Assembly: GCF_006345805.1 (NCBI RefSeq) | Contig: NC_043010.1 | Span: forward strand, 2,790,001 to 2,854,000 | Reading direction: 5' to 3' | Length of the DNA stretch: 64,000 nucleotides | From: Octopus sinensis | Taxonomy: Eukaryota | Shown: in pieces, positions 1 through 12,735 of the stretch | How positions within the stretch are numbered: position 1 is the stretch's first letter | How the letters are laid out: each line of letters begins with the position of its first letter | Made by a program: the position numbers and the translations under genes | Notes under the pieces: model-generated | Seen by the model: only the letters and a program-made list of their open reading frames with translations | Told to the model about the DNA's origin: nothing | Database searches by the model: none

Positions 1-334
1 CAACTCACCAAAATTCTGCTCATACCTAAACACTTCTTTGTGCCTATTCTCCGTTTATATATATAACACACACACACACATATATATTTACTTAATATGG
101 TTTTGGTTATGGCTGGTCAGAGAGTGACCGTTGGTTTCACACCCATCAAGTTGGCCAACAAGTCTGATGAGTCACCTACACCGCTATGAACTTAACTTTA
201 TGGTTGAAAAACTAAGGGTCGCTCTCACTGGCCACAACCAACAGCCTTTTAAGTATTACTGCTCTAAAATTTTTAGACTGTGCTTCTTTTCAGATTTATG
301 AACTACTGACCAAATATATATATATAACACCCAC

Positions 335-505
335 TACACTCGCGGAGTGGTTGGCGTTAGGAAGGGCATCCAGCTGTAGAAACACTGCCAGACTAGACTG
401 GAGCCTGGGGCAGTCCCGAGCTCCCCAGACCCCGGTCGAAACCGTCCAACCCGTGCTAGCGCGGAAAACGGACGTTAAACGATGATGATGATGATGATGA
501 TGATG
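335..505 (+). mobile_element. SINE / non-autonomous family C, 3' part (RTE-like bipartite element)
   Basis: GGTTGGCGTTAGGAAGGGCATCCAGCTGTAGAAAC ... CCAACCCGTGCTAGCGCGGAAAACGGACGTTAAAC(GAT)n. Homologous copies at 30400-30620 (-), 32985-33105 (+) and 57690-57975 (+). Confidence 0.75.
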
Positions 506-574
506 ATATATATATATATATATATAAGTCTTTCATGTTTGTTTTCCCACTTCTGCTTCCAATATCAGCTGTTG

Positions 575-740
575 GTTGACTTACATCACCATCATTTAGC
601 CGTTTGGTTAAAGAGACTGATGGAATAAGCACTAGGCTTAGAAAGAAAATTAAATACTTATGTCCTGGGATAAATTTGTTCAATTAAATCCTTCAAGGTG
701 ATGCCCCAGCTTGGCCATGACTGAGACAAAAGAGATAAAT
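575..740 (+). mobile_element. SINE family A, 3' half, degraded
   Basis: AAGAGACTGATGGAATAAGCACTAGGCTT...GATGCCCCAGCTTGGCC matches the 3' part of the full copies. Confidence 0.7.
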
Positions 741-1278
741 ACACTTAGGATATGGTTATATTCTTTGCTTAATATTAGCATCTGGCAAGTGTTATCTAAA
801 AGGCTGTCTTAAAAGGATCTCCATAAGTGACTCCCACTGGAAATACCTGTCAGACATAAGAAGCCATAGTAGTTATCAAGTTTTTAATGAAGATGTAAAC
901 AATTAGCAAAATCATTGATGAATGACAGTTTTTGTGTATTTGTGTGTTTCTATATGTATGTTTTTCTCTGTGTGTGTGTGTCTTTGTGTGTGTTTATGTG
1001 TGTGTATGTACGTACATGTATGTGTGCTTGTGTGTGTATATGTGTATTTGTACATTTATATGTGTATACTCATGACCATCTTTCTATCTTTCTATGTGTG
1101 TGTGTGTGTGTGTGTATGCATATATATGTGCGGATGTATATATGTGTGTGTCATGCCACACATGCCTGTGTGTATGTGTGCATGTGTTTGCATGTGTATG
1201 CATGATTGCTACTGCAATGTGTTTATATATCTGTATCTCTCTCACTCTCTCTATATCTATCTATCTATCTGTCTATCC

Positions 1279-1331
<53 letters not shown>

Positions 1332-1819
1332 CCTATCTATCTATCTATCAACCTATCTCTCTGTACATCCTTCTTTCCATCTCTGTTTATCATTGTCTTT
1401 CTCCTCTCTCTCTCTCTCTCTCTCTCTAATAAATATATGTGTGTGTGTGTTGATTGTTACTTCCTCGCAGAAGATGGTCATTTCCTTTTAAATATTTGTG
1501 TGTGTGTGTGTGTGCACCACTGCCAATATGTGCGTGGGCATATGTCTGAGAGTGATTCTGCATCTGCACATATAAGTATGTATATGTGTACAAATATGTT
1601 TGCGTATACTGTGTATATAGGAGAACAATATATACATCCAGCATAACATGAAAATGCCACTCATAAAAGACCATTGATTGGAAATAACTCTCATGTGTAT
1701 GTATCTTACTGTTTAACCCAAGGCAATACCTTGATTAAGCAGACTGATGATTAAAGGCTTTCCAACCTTGATCACTCCATCGTGTATTCAGAAATAACTA
1801 TTTCTACTATAGTCACAAG

Positions 1820-2005
1820 ACCTGAAATTTGGGTGGAAGGGGCTAGTCATCATCCACAGTGCTAGACGGATACTTATTTCTTCAACCCCAAAAGGATGAA
1901 AGGCAAAGCCTACCTCAGTGGAATTTGAACTCAGAACATAAAACTGGAAGAAATGCCACAAAACATTTTTTCCAGGGTGCTATTGATCCTGCCACCTCGC
2001 CACCT
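1820..2005 (-). mobile_element. SINE family B copy
   Basis: GGTGGCGAGGTGGCAGGATC head, GAGTTCAAATTCC B-box, CCTTTCATCCTTTTGGG body. Confidence 0.75.
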
Positions 2006-2056
2006 TAGTATATTCCAAAATAATATATCTAGGTTTACATTATCTAAAGTGCCCTT

Positions 2057-2446
2057 TGTGTGGTAAGAAGCCTGCTTCCCAACTATATGGTTCCAGGTTC
2101 AGTCCCACTGCGTAGCATCTTGGGCAAGTGTCTTCTACTATAGCTCCGAGCCGACCAATGCCATGTGAGTGGATTTGGTAGACGGAAACTGAAAGAAGCC
2201 TGTCGTATATATTTATATATATATATATGTGTGTATGTGTGTGTGTTTGTGTGTGTGTGTTTGTCCCCCTAGCATTGCTTGACAACCGATGCTGGTGTGT
2301 TTACGTTCCCGTCACTTAGCGGTTCGGCAAAAGAGACCGATAGAATAAGTACTCGGCTTACAAAGAATAAGTCCCAGGGTCGATTTGCTCGACTAAAGGC
2401 AGTGCTCCAGCATGGCCACAGTCAAATGACTGAAACAAGTAAAAGA
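2057..2446 (+). mobile_element. SINE family A (tRNA-like head, CORE-like segment, internal microsatellite), near full length
   Basis: B-box GGTTCAGTCCC, CORE-like CATCTTGGGCAAGTGTCTT, central (TA)n(TG)n, tail GGCAGTGCTCCAGCATGGCCACAGTCAAATGACTGAAAC. Many homologous copies in the window. Confidence 0.9.
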
Positions 2447-2669
2447 AAATATATAAAAGAGAGAGATAAGTTATTATTAAATCTCTGAATGAGAGATAAA
2501 CAGTAACAGTATGGAATTGTAAAATATATTTGCCAACTAGATGTGACGGTTCTATAGAGGGCAGTGCTACTGTTGTTTTTAGCCCTAGGAAAATATCTCC
2601 TCCAGCTGGCCAACAACACGCAGTGTTTGTCCGATTAGTATTTACGAGTGAGAACATCGCTCCCATCTC

Positions 2670-3450
2670 TATGTGTGTGTGTGTATGTGTATATTTGTGT
2701 TTGTGTTTGTGCCCCTGTCACTGTTTGACAATTGGTGTTGGTGTGTTTAATATCCTTGTAACTTAGTGGTTCAGCAAAATAGACCAATAGAATAAGGACT
2801 AGGTTCAAGAAATAAGTCCTGGAGTTGACTTGTTCAACTAAACACAGCCTTCAGGGCAGTGCTCCAGCATAGCCACAGTCAAATGAGTCAACTGAGTGAA
2901 ACAAATAAAAGAATAAAAGAATAGTTGAGTGTGATTTGAGGGAGATTTAGCTGCTATTTTGAGTGAACACATAATGGTGTACGTATAACAGACACAAACA
3001 CAATCACATGTAACATTAACTTGTTTCTTATATGTCCAGTTACAAAGTAACATATTGACTTGTGACATACAGGCATGGCTGTATGGTTAGGGAGCTTGCT
3101 TTGTAACCATGAGGTTTCAGGTTCATTCCCATTCTGCGACACTTTGGGCAAGCGTCTTTCTGCAATAGCATCAGGTTGACCAATACCATGCGAACGAATT
3201 TGGTTGACGGAAACTGTGCAGAAGACTGTCACGTGTACGTGTGTGTATGTCTTTGTGTCTGCCTTTGTCCTTTCTTACCAACTGGCATTGGGGTTTTGCA
3301 TGTAACTGTGACTTAGTGGTTCAGCAAAAAAACAAAAAAAAATATCAGGCTTAAAAATTTATAAGTACTGAGGTTCATTTGGTAGACTAAAGCTCTTCCA
3401 GGGCAGAGCTCCAGCATGGGTGTAGTCCAAGGACTGAAACAAATGAAAGA
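2670..3450 (+). mobile_element. Two further family A copies (3' half at 2670-2922; diverged full copy at 3068-3450)
   Basis: Same head and tail motifs as 2057-2446. Confidence 0.8.
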
Positions 3451-3646
3451 TATCATGCACACACACACATACACACACACACACACACACATACATACAT
3501 ACATACATACATGCATACATACGGCAGAGGTGAGTTGGCAAAGTGGATGGGGTACCAGACTAGCTGAGCAGAGATCAACAGTTCAAATCTACAGATGTTT
3601 TGTGTGCTTGTTTGTGAATGTGTATGCAGATGGATATACTCATGTG

Positions 3647-3684
<38 letters not shown>

Positions 3685-3685
3685 A

Positions 3686-3870
3686 TCCAAACAAGAAAGC
3701 ACAAAAAAACACAACAACTCGAGGACGTGGAACAAATATAGTATTATTGGACTATAAGGAAAGAAGGAGGGTTTAATGTTTCGAGCGGAGCTCTTCGTCG
3801 GAAACATAGGAGAAGGGAAGACAGAGGAAAAAAAAATCGCCAACGGTACACACACGGTCACATTTTGAAT
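3686..3870 (-). mobile_element. Penelope-like element terminal relic
   Basis: Contains GTTTCCGACGAAGAGCTCCGCTCGAAACATTAAAC, the layout of the minimal hammerhead motif described in Penelope pseudo-LTRs. Lies between microsatellites; no ORF remains. Confidence 0.55.
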
Positions 3871-4047
3871 GTGTATGTATATATATATACATATATATAT
3901 ATATATGTTTGGGTTTATGTGTGTGTTGGTGTGCATGTCTTTGTGCACACAATTTATTTTGTTTGCCAGTTGCAAATATGCACATATGCACACATTCTCT
4001 CTCTCTCTCTGTCTCACACACACACAAAGTTCCTCTATTTTCCTTTT

Positions 4048-4088
<41 letters not shown>

Positions 4089-4545
4089 TACACACACAGG
4101 TTTTAGGGAACAATGAGAGGAGGCAGTTAAATTTATATTTACACTTGCACACACACACACTTGTACATAAATAACACTGATTTAGAATAATAATGGAAGG
4201 TGTGTGTATGGATTTTTTTTCCTACTGTTTCACAGAGGGAAAGGCAGCATCTGTGTAAACCCAAACTGTTTTTATTTATAGGTTTATTTTGTCAACCTCC
4301 AGAGCTAATGAGAAGAAAAGTGGAGAATGTCCCTCCACCCCAAATGGAGGCCTAGTCTGAATGTTTGCAGTATTGCAAGCACCACCAAAGGCTTTCAGTA
4401 ATCAAGGATCATGTGATGTATTGATCATGTGATGGTGTTGGTCATGTAATTGCGTTCGATTATGTGATGTGTTGATCATGTGATGACAGCACATTCAGTT
4501 TATCACCCAAGGACTCACAATGCAAAAAACCCTGAAATAATGACC

Positions 4546-4782
4546 TATTTCTTTGCTACCCACAAGGGGCTAAACACAGAGGGGACAAACAAGGACAGAC
4601 AAATGGATTAAGTCAATTACATCGACTCCAGTGCGTAACTGGTACTTAATTTATTGACCCCGAAAAGATGAAAGGCAAAGTCAACCTCAGTGGAATTTGA
4701 ACTCAGAACGTAACGGCAAATGAAATACGGCTATGCATTTCGCCCAGCGTGCTAACATTTCTGCCATCTTGTCGCCTTAAAT
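4546..4782 (-). mobile_element. SINE family B, full length, with a 15-bp target-site duplication
   Basis: CCTGAAATAATGACC at 4531-4545 and 4783-4797 flanks the element exactly; head GGCGAC...GATGGCAGAAATGTTAGCACGC; B-box GAGTTCAAATTCC. Confidence 0.92.
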
Positions 4783-6783
4783 CCTGAAATAATGACCATA
4801 AGGCTACTTGTCTTTTCCAACCTCTATAACAATTTTTCTGTTTTTTAATGATCCCTGAAAGGATGAAAGGTAAAGTTGGCCTTGGTAAGATTTGAACTAA
4901 GGATGCAAAGAACCAGAATGGTTACTGCAAGACACTTTGTTCTATGCTATAGCAATTCTGCCAATTTTTTGCATATGCATGCGTTGATGAATGTTGTTCT
5001 ATACAGAAAATAGCTCCAGGAAGCCAGGAACTTGATTACAATTTTTAAGGCAGGTAGGTGATAAATTTAGCCTTGGGTTGGGCAATAGTTTACTATAGGT
5101 AATGATTAATTATGTTCTGTCACCCATACTCACATAGAAGCATTTGTTACATATGTACTCACACCTATGTATATTATCTCACTAACATACACATATTTAC
5201 ACACATGCATACACACACAGGGACAAATATGTATATATGTATATATATATATGCATACATAAACGCCCACATTTACAGACACATGCATACATACACAAGC
5301 ACACACACTTACACAAACACAATCATACACACACATATATACTTCCATAACACATACACGTACACACACACCTACACACACACACACACACACACACAAA
5401 GAGAAAACTATGATTGCTTGCCCTGCTAGAAAGAGCGGCAAAATCTTCTTGGAATCTTATCCAGCCATCTTAAATTTGGAAGGACACATAATATGCAATG
5501 GCTAGATTACCTTTGTTCAAAGATCTACTTGATCTAGGCTGGCTAGCCTGGGGTTTTATAGCAATAACAACAACAACAACAACAACAACAACAAAAAGCA
5601 CACACATAAAAGAGTAAGTGCATCTGTATTGCATGTCATCTACAGTTAATATATGCACATACATTCATGTGCAACAATACAGCCATATGCACATTAATGC
5701 CCGTGCACATGTACATTTGCATATCAACACACAGGCATGGTGATGGTGGTGGAGTTGGTCATTGTGATGGTGGCAGTGGTGGTGGTAGTGGTGGTGGTGG
5801 TAGTTGCGGTGGTGAAGATAGGAGGCAAATGATGAGTATGATGATGATGATGATGGTGAGGAGGAGGGGAAGTTGGATGTGTAAACAACAGCATTGAGAT
5901 GTTGGGTCACCACTTCATGAAGTGATATATGTGTGTTTGTATATGTGAGAGTGTGTGTGTGTGTGTGTGTGTATTTTTTTGAAGGATATGTGTATGTATG
6001 TACATATGCGTACATGTATGTTTTGAAGTATCTGTTAGTATGAATGAAAACCATGCCCATAATCACATGCATACATACATCCACAACATATTTCAAACAA
6101 CATATGTGTAGATATATATGCATATGAGCACACACACACAAATATACATATACAAATATGCACATAAGTATGCATACACTCAGTTTTGCCTGTGTGTGTG
6201 AGTGGGCATTAACAAATGGCCATACACACAACTATGTGTAGAATTATAGATTTTTGTGCGAAATATGTATGTTTGCATTATTTATTAAATCAAAATGATT
6301 CATGACAAATGGCCATATGTTTTGCTTTACGAACAAATGGAGAAATGAGATACTTTATTGAATTTAAAGTTAAGGGATGTAATATTTGAGAAGAAGGGTT
6401 TTTTAAATATAGATAAAATTTCATATTTAATTTTATATTTAACCAAGGTGTGGTTTTGTAGTTAAGGAACTTGTTTCCCAACCATCTGGTCTTGGGTTCA
6501 GTCCCACTACATGGCACCTTGAGCAGTAGGCACCTGAAACCACATGGCTGGAGAGCAAGCTTCTTAACTACAGTTATGCTTGTGCTTATGATTAACGTTA
6601 TTAACACCATTTAGACAATTATCATTAATTTTATTATTAACTTTCTACAAATTTCCTTCCACCCTCCTTACTTGTAGAAAAAGCATTTGTGAAAAAACAT
6701 TAAAACATTAAACAAACTCAATGGTAACTTTGCATTACACATGCAACTTGGTCTCTACGATTTACTGAAGTCCTTAATAATGA

Positions 6784-7443
6784 TAATCCTTTCTACCAAA
6801 GGCACAAAGCCTTTACATCGATTCCAGTGTTTCACTGGTACTTAATTTATTGACCTCGAAAGGAAGACAGGCAAAGTCAACCTCAGTAGAATTTGAACTC
6901 AGAACGTAGCACCGAGCGAAATACTACTAAGCATTTGTCCAGCATGCTAAAGTTTCGGCCAGCCCAATGCCTTCTTAATGATAATAATAATCCTTTCTAC
7001 TTAAGGTACAAGGCCTGAAATTTGGTGTGGTGGGTGGGGACTTGTCAATTCCATCGACCCCAGTGTTTCACTGGTACTTAATTTATCGATCCTAAACAGG
7101 TGAAAAGCAAAGTCGACCTCAGTGGAATTTGAACTTAGAATGTAGCAATGGGCAAAATACCGCTAAGCATTTTATCTAGCATGCTAACAATTCTGCCAGC
7201 TTGCTGCCTTAATAGTAATAACGATAATGTTTTCAAATTTTGGCACAAGGCCAGCAGTTTTTGAGGGGGGCAGTAAGTCAATTGCATTGACCCCAGTGTT
7301 CAACTGGTACTTATTTTATTGACCCTAAAAGGATGAAAGGCAAATTCAAGCTCAACAGAATTTGAACTCAATACATAAATACGAACGAAATATCACTAAT
7401 CATTTTTGTCTAGTGTGCTAATGATTCTGCCAGAGTGCTGCCT
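6784..7443 (-). mobile_element. Three head-to-tail family B copies
   Basis: Units ~6784-6972, 6988-7209 and 7229-7443, each with CTGGTACTTAATTTAT..GAAAGG..AAAGTC..GGAATTTGAACTCA. Confidence 0.88.
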
Positions 7444-8109
7444 TAATAATCTATATACTATATTGGAGAAAGCTGCTTATTAATTAGGTATGTAACAATT
7501 ATTAAAAGTACTAAAAGAAAGCAATTATTAAAGGGTTGAGCATCTGGAAATATTTTTATAAATTCCTGTTCTAGGAAATTTCCTAATTTCAATTTCTCAA
7601 GTTTATTGAATTTTTTTAACTCCAATTTCTTGCAAATTTAAATATTCATTGCATTCACTGCGTCCATTTCTTAACAGATTTAAATATTCATTGCATTCAC
7701 TGTAGAGTATTCCATTTTTATTTGCAAAGTCTCTCACTTTCTCATTTAAGTTTTAATTTGTTATTTGGGAAACCAATAGTTTATTCTATTAATGTATACG
7801 TAGTGTAAAAATATTATTTATTGAATGAAAATTTTAAAAGATATCTGTTCAATTTTTGAACACATGATAGGTGTGAGAAGAGCCTAGAAAGCTGGGTAAT
7901 TACTATTAGAAGATGAGGAGAAAAAAGTACTCGAAATTTGCACCTTATTCACAATTTCCAAACATTCTATTCCACTAAGCCAATGTATATACAAATTGAG
8001 TGACTTCAACAGTGACACACACACACACACACCAATACACACTCACACACATGCATAGATACATATACATACAAATGAAAGGCAATGAATGTGTGTGTGT
8101 GTGTGTGTG

Positions 8110-8502
8110 TGTGTGCATGTGCTCACTGACAAAACTTCGTGCTGCATCACTTTTGTGAAGTTTTGTTAGTAAACAGGTCGCGGTTTCAGACACAAATGAA
8201 ATTTTAATGCTGAAGTGAAACTGGTACTGCTTAAATACAATTGTTACGTACAAAACATTTTAAATGTACACTGTGTGGACATGTAATGACACCGTAGCCC
8301 TAACCCTAACTAACCCTAACCCTAAAAACTACCCCCCCCCTTTATATCATTACATATAGATGCATTAGGACCTCTGTATTTAAGAAGTGCTGTGAAACTA
8401 ATGGGTTTTGTGTGTTCTTGAATTGCTTATGCTGCAATTGTGTTTGTTTCAGCACATGATCTCAGATCAAGTGACTTGCTATGCAAGTATGTCTCTGTAA
8501 TT
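8110..8502. mobile_element. Putative non-autonomous element with internal (TAACCC)n
   Basis: CCCTAACCCTAACTAACCCTAACCCTAA at 8298-8325; terminal segment shared with 13806-13877. Confidence 0.5.
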
Positions 8503-9721
8503 TTTAAAAATCACTGTGGATAAATGGTAGCAATGACCATCTCAGGCTCTCCAATATTTTAATTTCTAAACAGAAACTATCGAGGGTAGAAAATGGGGTT
8601 GCAAAAATTCCATAATTTCTCAAATTTTCTTTTTTATAGCATATAAATATATTTATGGGGAAAAAATGTTGTAAAGCATTAATACATGCAAGAGTGATAA
8701 AAGAACAAGAAGGTTTGTCTTTGGACGTGCTAGAAATAACAGCCAACTCGCCCTTCACTCACTTTTCCTGATGAAAATATTAACAATTTAAAAAATCTTT
8801 TTACCGAAAATGTTCTTCCCATGGTTTTGAAGTGTAAAAAAAAAATTGGCCAAAATAGGTCCAGAGTGAGATGATGAGGGAGGGGGTGGGATGTAAAAAA
8901 AGAGTTTTCAAAACTTTTTCATACAAAGATGCCCTTCTTCCCCTCAACCCCACCATTTTGAAGGCTATGGATTAAAAAAAAAATGGGGGGAAATCCCTGA
9001 AAAAATTTTCCCCACAAATTTCTTTATAATCTTAGTCTATGCTGTTTGAAAGGGATTTGTATAAATTTTCATTAAAAGATACCCATCTTTCTGAAAGTTA
9101 TGAGGGAAAAAAGTCAGATCATGTGAATTTAAAACTCCTCTCTCCACCCTCTCGAAAAATTTTTCCCATAAATCCCTATATACTCTGAAGCCATAACATC
9201 TAAGAGGTATTTTTAGAAAATTTTGTTAAAAAGTATCCATTTTTCTGGATGTTATGAGGCAACAAAGTCAGGGGTGTATACATCTGTAGTAATATTCTTT
9301 TATTTATATGATTGTTTTGTTACATATTTATTTCATTCATTGTTTGCAATGTTCTCTCTCCCCCCCCCCTCTCTCTCACACATACTGCAAAGCTTACAGA
9401 TGGACTGCTGAACTGAGATCTCTATGTTTCTTTGAGGGGAAGGTAAAACTTGACAAATGGCTTCTCCCTCTGTTGTTGGACTACCGCAATGTTTGCTTAA
9501 AAATGAGAGATTATCACTGTGATAATCTCTCACAGAGTTCTATATATCTTGATATGAGATCACCATGTTGTGCACATATGGTTGTGATGCATGTACCTGG
9601 TGTACCCTTATCAGACGGGTAGTCATGATGGGTATACTGGGCTTCCTATATTTTATATCAGTGTCACTTTGATGGCATGTACTGCTCTCTCACTCAATGA
9701 TATAATAAAACAATTATAATA

Positions 9722-9950
9722 ATAGTTTTCAAATTTTGACACAAACCAGCAATTTCAGGGGAGCATTTAATCATTTACACTAACACCAGTTCACCACTGG
9801 TACTTATTTCATTATTTTATTAATTCCGGAAAGATGAACAATAAAGTTGCTCTCCGTAGGATTTAAACTTAGAATATAAAGAGCTGGAACAAATACCACA
9901 AGGCACTTTTCCCTGATGCTCTTATGATTCTGTCAATCCAACTATCTTTA

Positions 9951-9997
<47 letters not shown>

Positions 9998-10220
9998 TAA
10001 TAGTTTCAAATTTTGGCATAAGCCAGCGTTTTTGAGGAAGGGGTCAAGTCAATTACTCCAACACCAGTGCTCAACTGGTATTTATTTCATTATTTCATCA
10101 GCCCTTAAAGGATGTAAAACAAAGTTGACCTAGGTGGAATTTGAACTCACAGCATAAAGATGAACGAAATGCTGATAAACATTTTGTCTAGCATGGTAGC
10201 AATTCTGCCAGCCCACTGCA
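9722..10220 (-). mobile_element. Two family B copies separated by (AAT)n
   Basis: Both carry the GTTTTCAAATTTTGG tail variant and the GGAATTTGAACTCA / GGATTTAAACTTAG B-box region. Confidence 0.8.
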
Positions 10221-10247
10221 TCATTATTATTATTGTTGTTGTTTTTG

Positions 10248-10305
<58 letters not shown>

Positions 10306-10514
10306 CAATAATGATAATAAATGATGCTGCTGTTGATGATGATGATGATGTTTATGATGATAGTGGTAATGGTTATTGAGTATTGATTTCTGTGCATTTA
10401 ATTATATTATATTTTATTTATATTCATGTATCATGTGATATGAAATATCACACAATATATTTGTCAGCAATGAGATATCCAAGCCCACATAGTAAAACAA
10501 TGATAACTCTGTGT

Positions 10515-10549
<35 letters not shown>

Positions 10550-10552
10550 GAT

Positions 10553-10590
<38 letters not shown>

Positions 10591-12524
10591 GTAAGAATTT
10601 ATGAAATGTTATAGATTTGAATTTGATGATAGGAATGTATGTATGGTTTAATAATATCGCTTTTAGTGTCACAACGGAATATCCCTGTCATACAGCATTT
10701 ATAGACATATGTGATGATACAATATAATTATGTTTGCATATATATTAGCAGGAATAGTGATGTGTCAATGGAGAACTGATCGGTAACATCAGCATATCAG
10801 AAAATCAAGCCATAGTATTAGCTTCAGTTTTAAGTGAAAGTTGATAGGTTGGTAGAAGTTAACCTGTGAATATTGGAAGATTTCATGCAACGCTGATAAG
10901 TTCAATTACACCAAATAACACAATTTTTGTCCTTGAGAAGCAAATGTTATTTATTACTTGTTTATCCCTAGAAAGTATGAAAAATAGCTAATATTTCCTT
11001 CAAAGTTTGCTTTTGTTACATTTATCCAAACCCCAAAGAATCTCTCTCTTAGCACATGGCTATGATGCTCCCCCCCCCACTACTCTTGTTCGAGATCAGT
11101 GATGCACATATTGTCAGCCACAGAGGGACGTGCTCAAGTGATTAGAGTCAAGCAACTGACAAGCAAATCTGTGGTAATGAGCAGAATATTTGTTATAATG
11201 ATATTTCTGCTTCTGCCACTCACCACTGAATTTGTCTGAAATGTAATGGAAAATATATCAGTTTCAAAGCACTGATGCCCAAGAGACGAAAGCAAAGTTT
11301 GAAGGGAAGAGTAGTCACTTCCTTTGATTTCTCGTTAGAAGCAAATAAGAAATAACACTCACTGACTAAAGACAGAAATTAACAAAAGTTTTGTTGAGCA
11401 GTGTTATTGTTGTGAAGAGTGGAGAAGCTTATATTTCAGTACCAGAGAATAAAATGAGACAGAACACTGCTCATCTAAGGAGACGTAACACCAAACAAAT
11501 CTTGCATTCTGATAGCTGCTGTGTGCATGTGGTAAATTTTGCATCAGACCAACACAAGTTTAAAGAATGAATGAATGGGGTTGGCTAAGCACAAACTATA
11601 CCCACTATAATAATAAAATCCTGCTGCTTAGTGAGGGTACTTTATTGAGCATTTAAAAAAGGTTAAGTGGGCAAACTTTAACACAAGATCTGCAGGAAGG
11701 TAGATATGTATATAACCGATATCTGGCACTCTCTGTGGTTCCACAGATGCTGTGAATGTTTTGACTTGGCTTTCCTTCATGGGATATCCATGAGTGGTGA
11801 TGCAGTATGTGTATTTCGGTTAGGCAATTGCTTCTGGAAACAACCAAAGCACAGCAGAAGAAGAAGTTAAATTTCTGTTTCTACAATCGACCAATGACAA
11901 AAATGACCAACTATTTCCCAATGAAATGCAAAAACTTGAAATATTTTGATATCATCCCTTAAAATGAAGAATAAAGAGAAAGTAAACCATTGTTAATCTT
12001 TCTTTAATGCATGATGAAAAATCATAACTCAAAATGTTTTGGTGTGTTGCCAACCAACAAGTTTTTTGCTTTTCTCTGATGGAGAGCAAAATCTGGAAAC
12101 ACTTTGATATCTTGTTATACAATGGTAAGTAAGAAAAGGCAAAAGTGCTGTCAGTCTTTTTTTACTCTCTAATGAAGAACTGGACTTGAAACATTTCAGT
12201 ATGTTTCACAGCAATGAGTAATAGAGAAAGATTAACCCTTTTGATACCAACTCACCCCTTGTTCTATGATACAAACATCCAGTTTTAATGTAATCTAAAT
12301 TTAAACCTTCCATTAAAATTACTTGGGAGAAATAAGGATAAACATAAATTTATTTAGTGTTCCCTGATGGTTTGTTGTTGTTGATCATCTAAACACACTT
12401 GGAACACATTGCAGGGCTGCAAGCAACCATAATGGTGAAACACACATAGGAACTATAATATAAACTTGTGTTTAACCTTATTCTTTCGACAATTTCTCTG
12501 TGCTTCATAACTAGTAATACTGGT

Positions 12525-12735
12525 TTCACGTTTTGACTCAAGGCCAGCAATTTTGAGGGAACATGTAAGTCGATTACATTGACCCCCAGTAATCAACTGG
12601 TACTTATTTTATTGACTCTGAAAGAATGAAAGGCAAAGTTGACTTTGGTGGAAGTTGAACTCAGAATGTAAAGACGGACAAAATGCCACCAGGTATTTTG
12701 CTTGGTGTTAACGGTTTCTGCCAGCTCATCATCTT
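12525..12735 (-). mobile_element. SINE family B copy
   Basis: CAACTGGTACTTATTTTATTGAC...GAAAGGCAAAGTTGAC...GTTGAACTCAGAATG. Confidence 0.8.

Noticed and set aside
104-240. CTGATGA at 164-170 inside an imperfect inverted repeat, as a hammerhead
   Set aside because: No stem II pairing ahead of the next GAAA and no stem I/III complement. At most a small decayed MITE.
915-1694. Cys/Val, His/Thr and YLSI-repeat ORFs here and throughout the window
   Set aside because: Direct translations of (TG)n, (TA)n and (TCTA)n microsatellites.
8298-8325. True or fused telomere
   Set aside because: Only about four degenerate units, embedded in a dispersed repeat.
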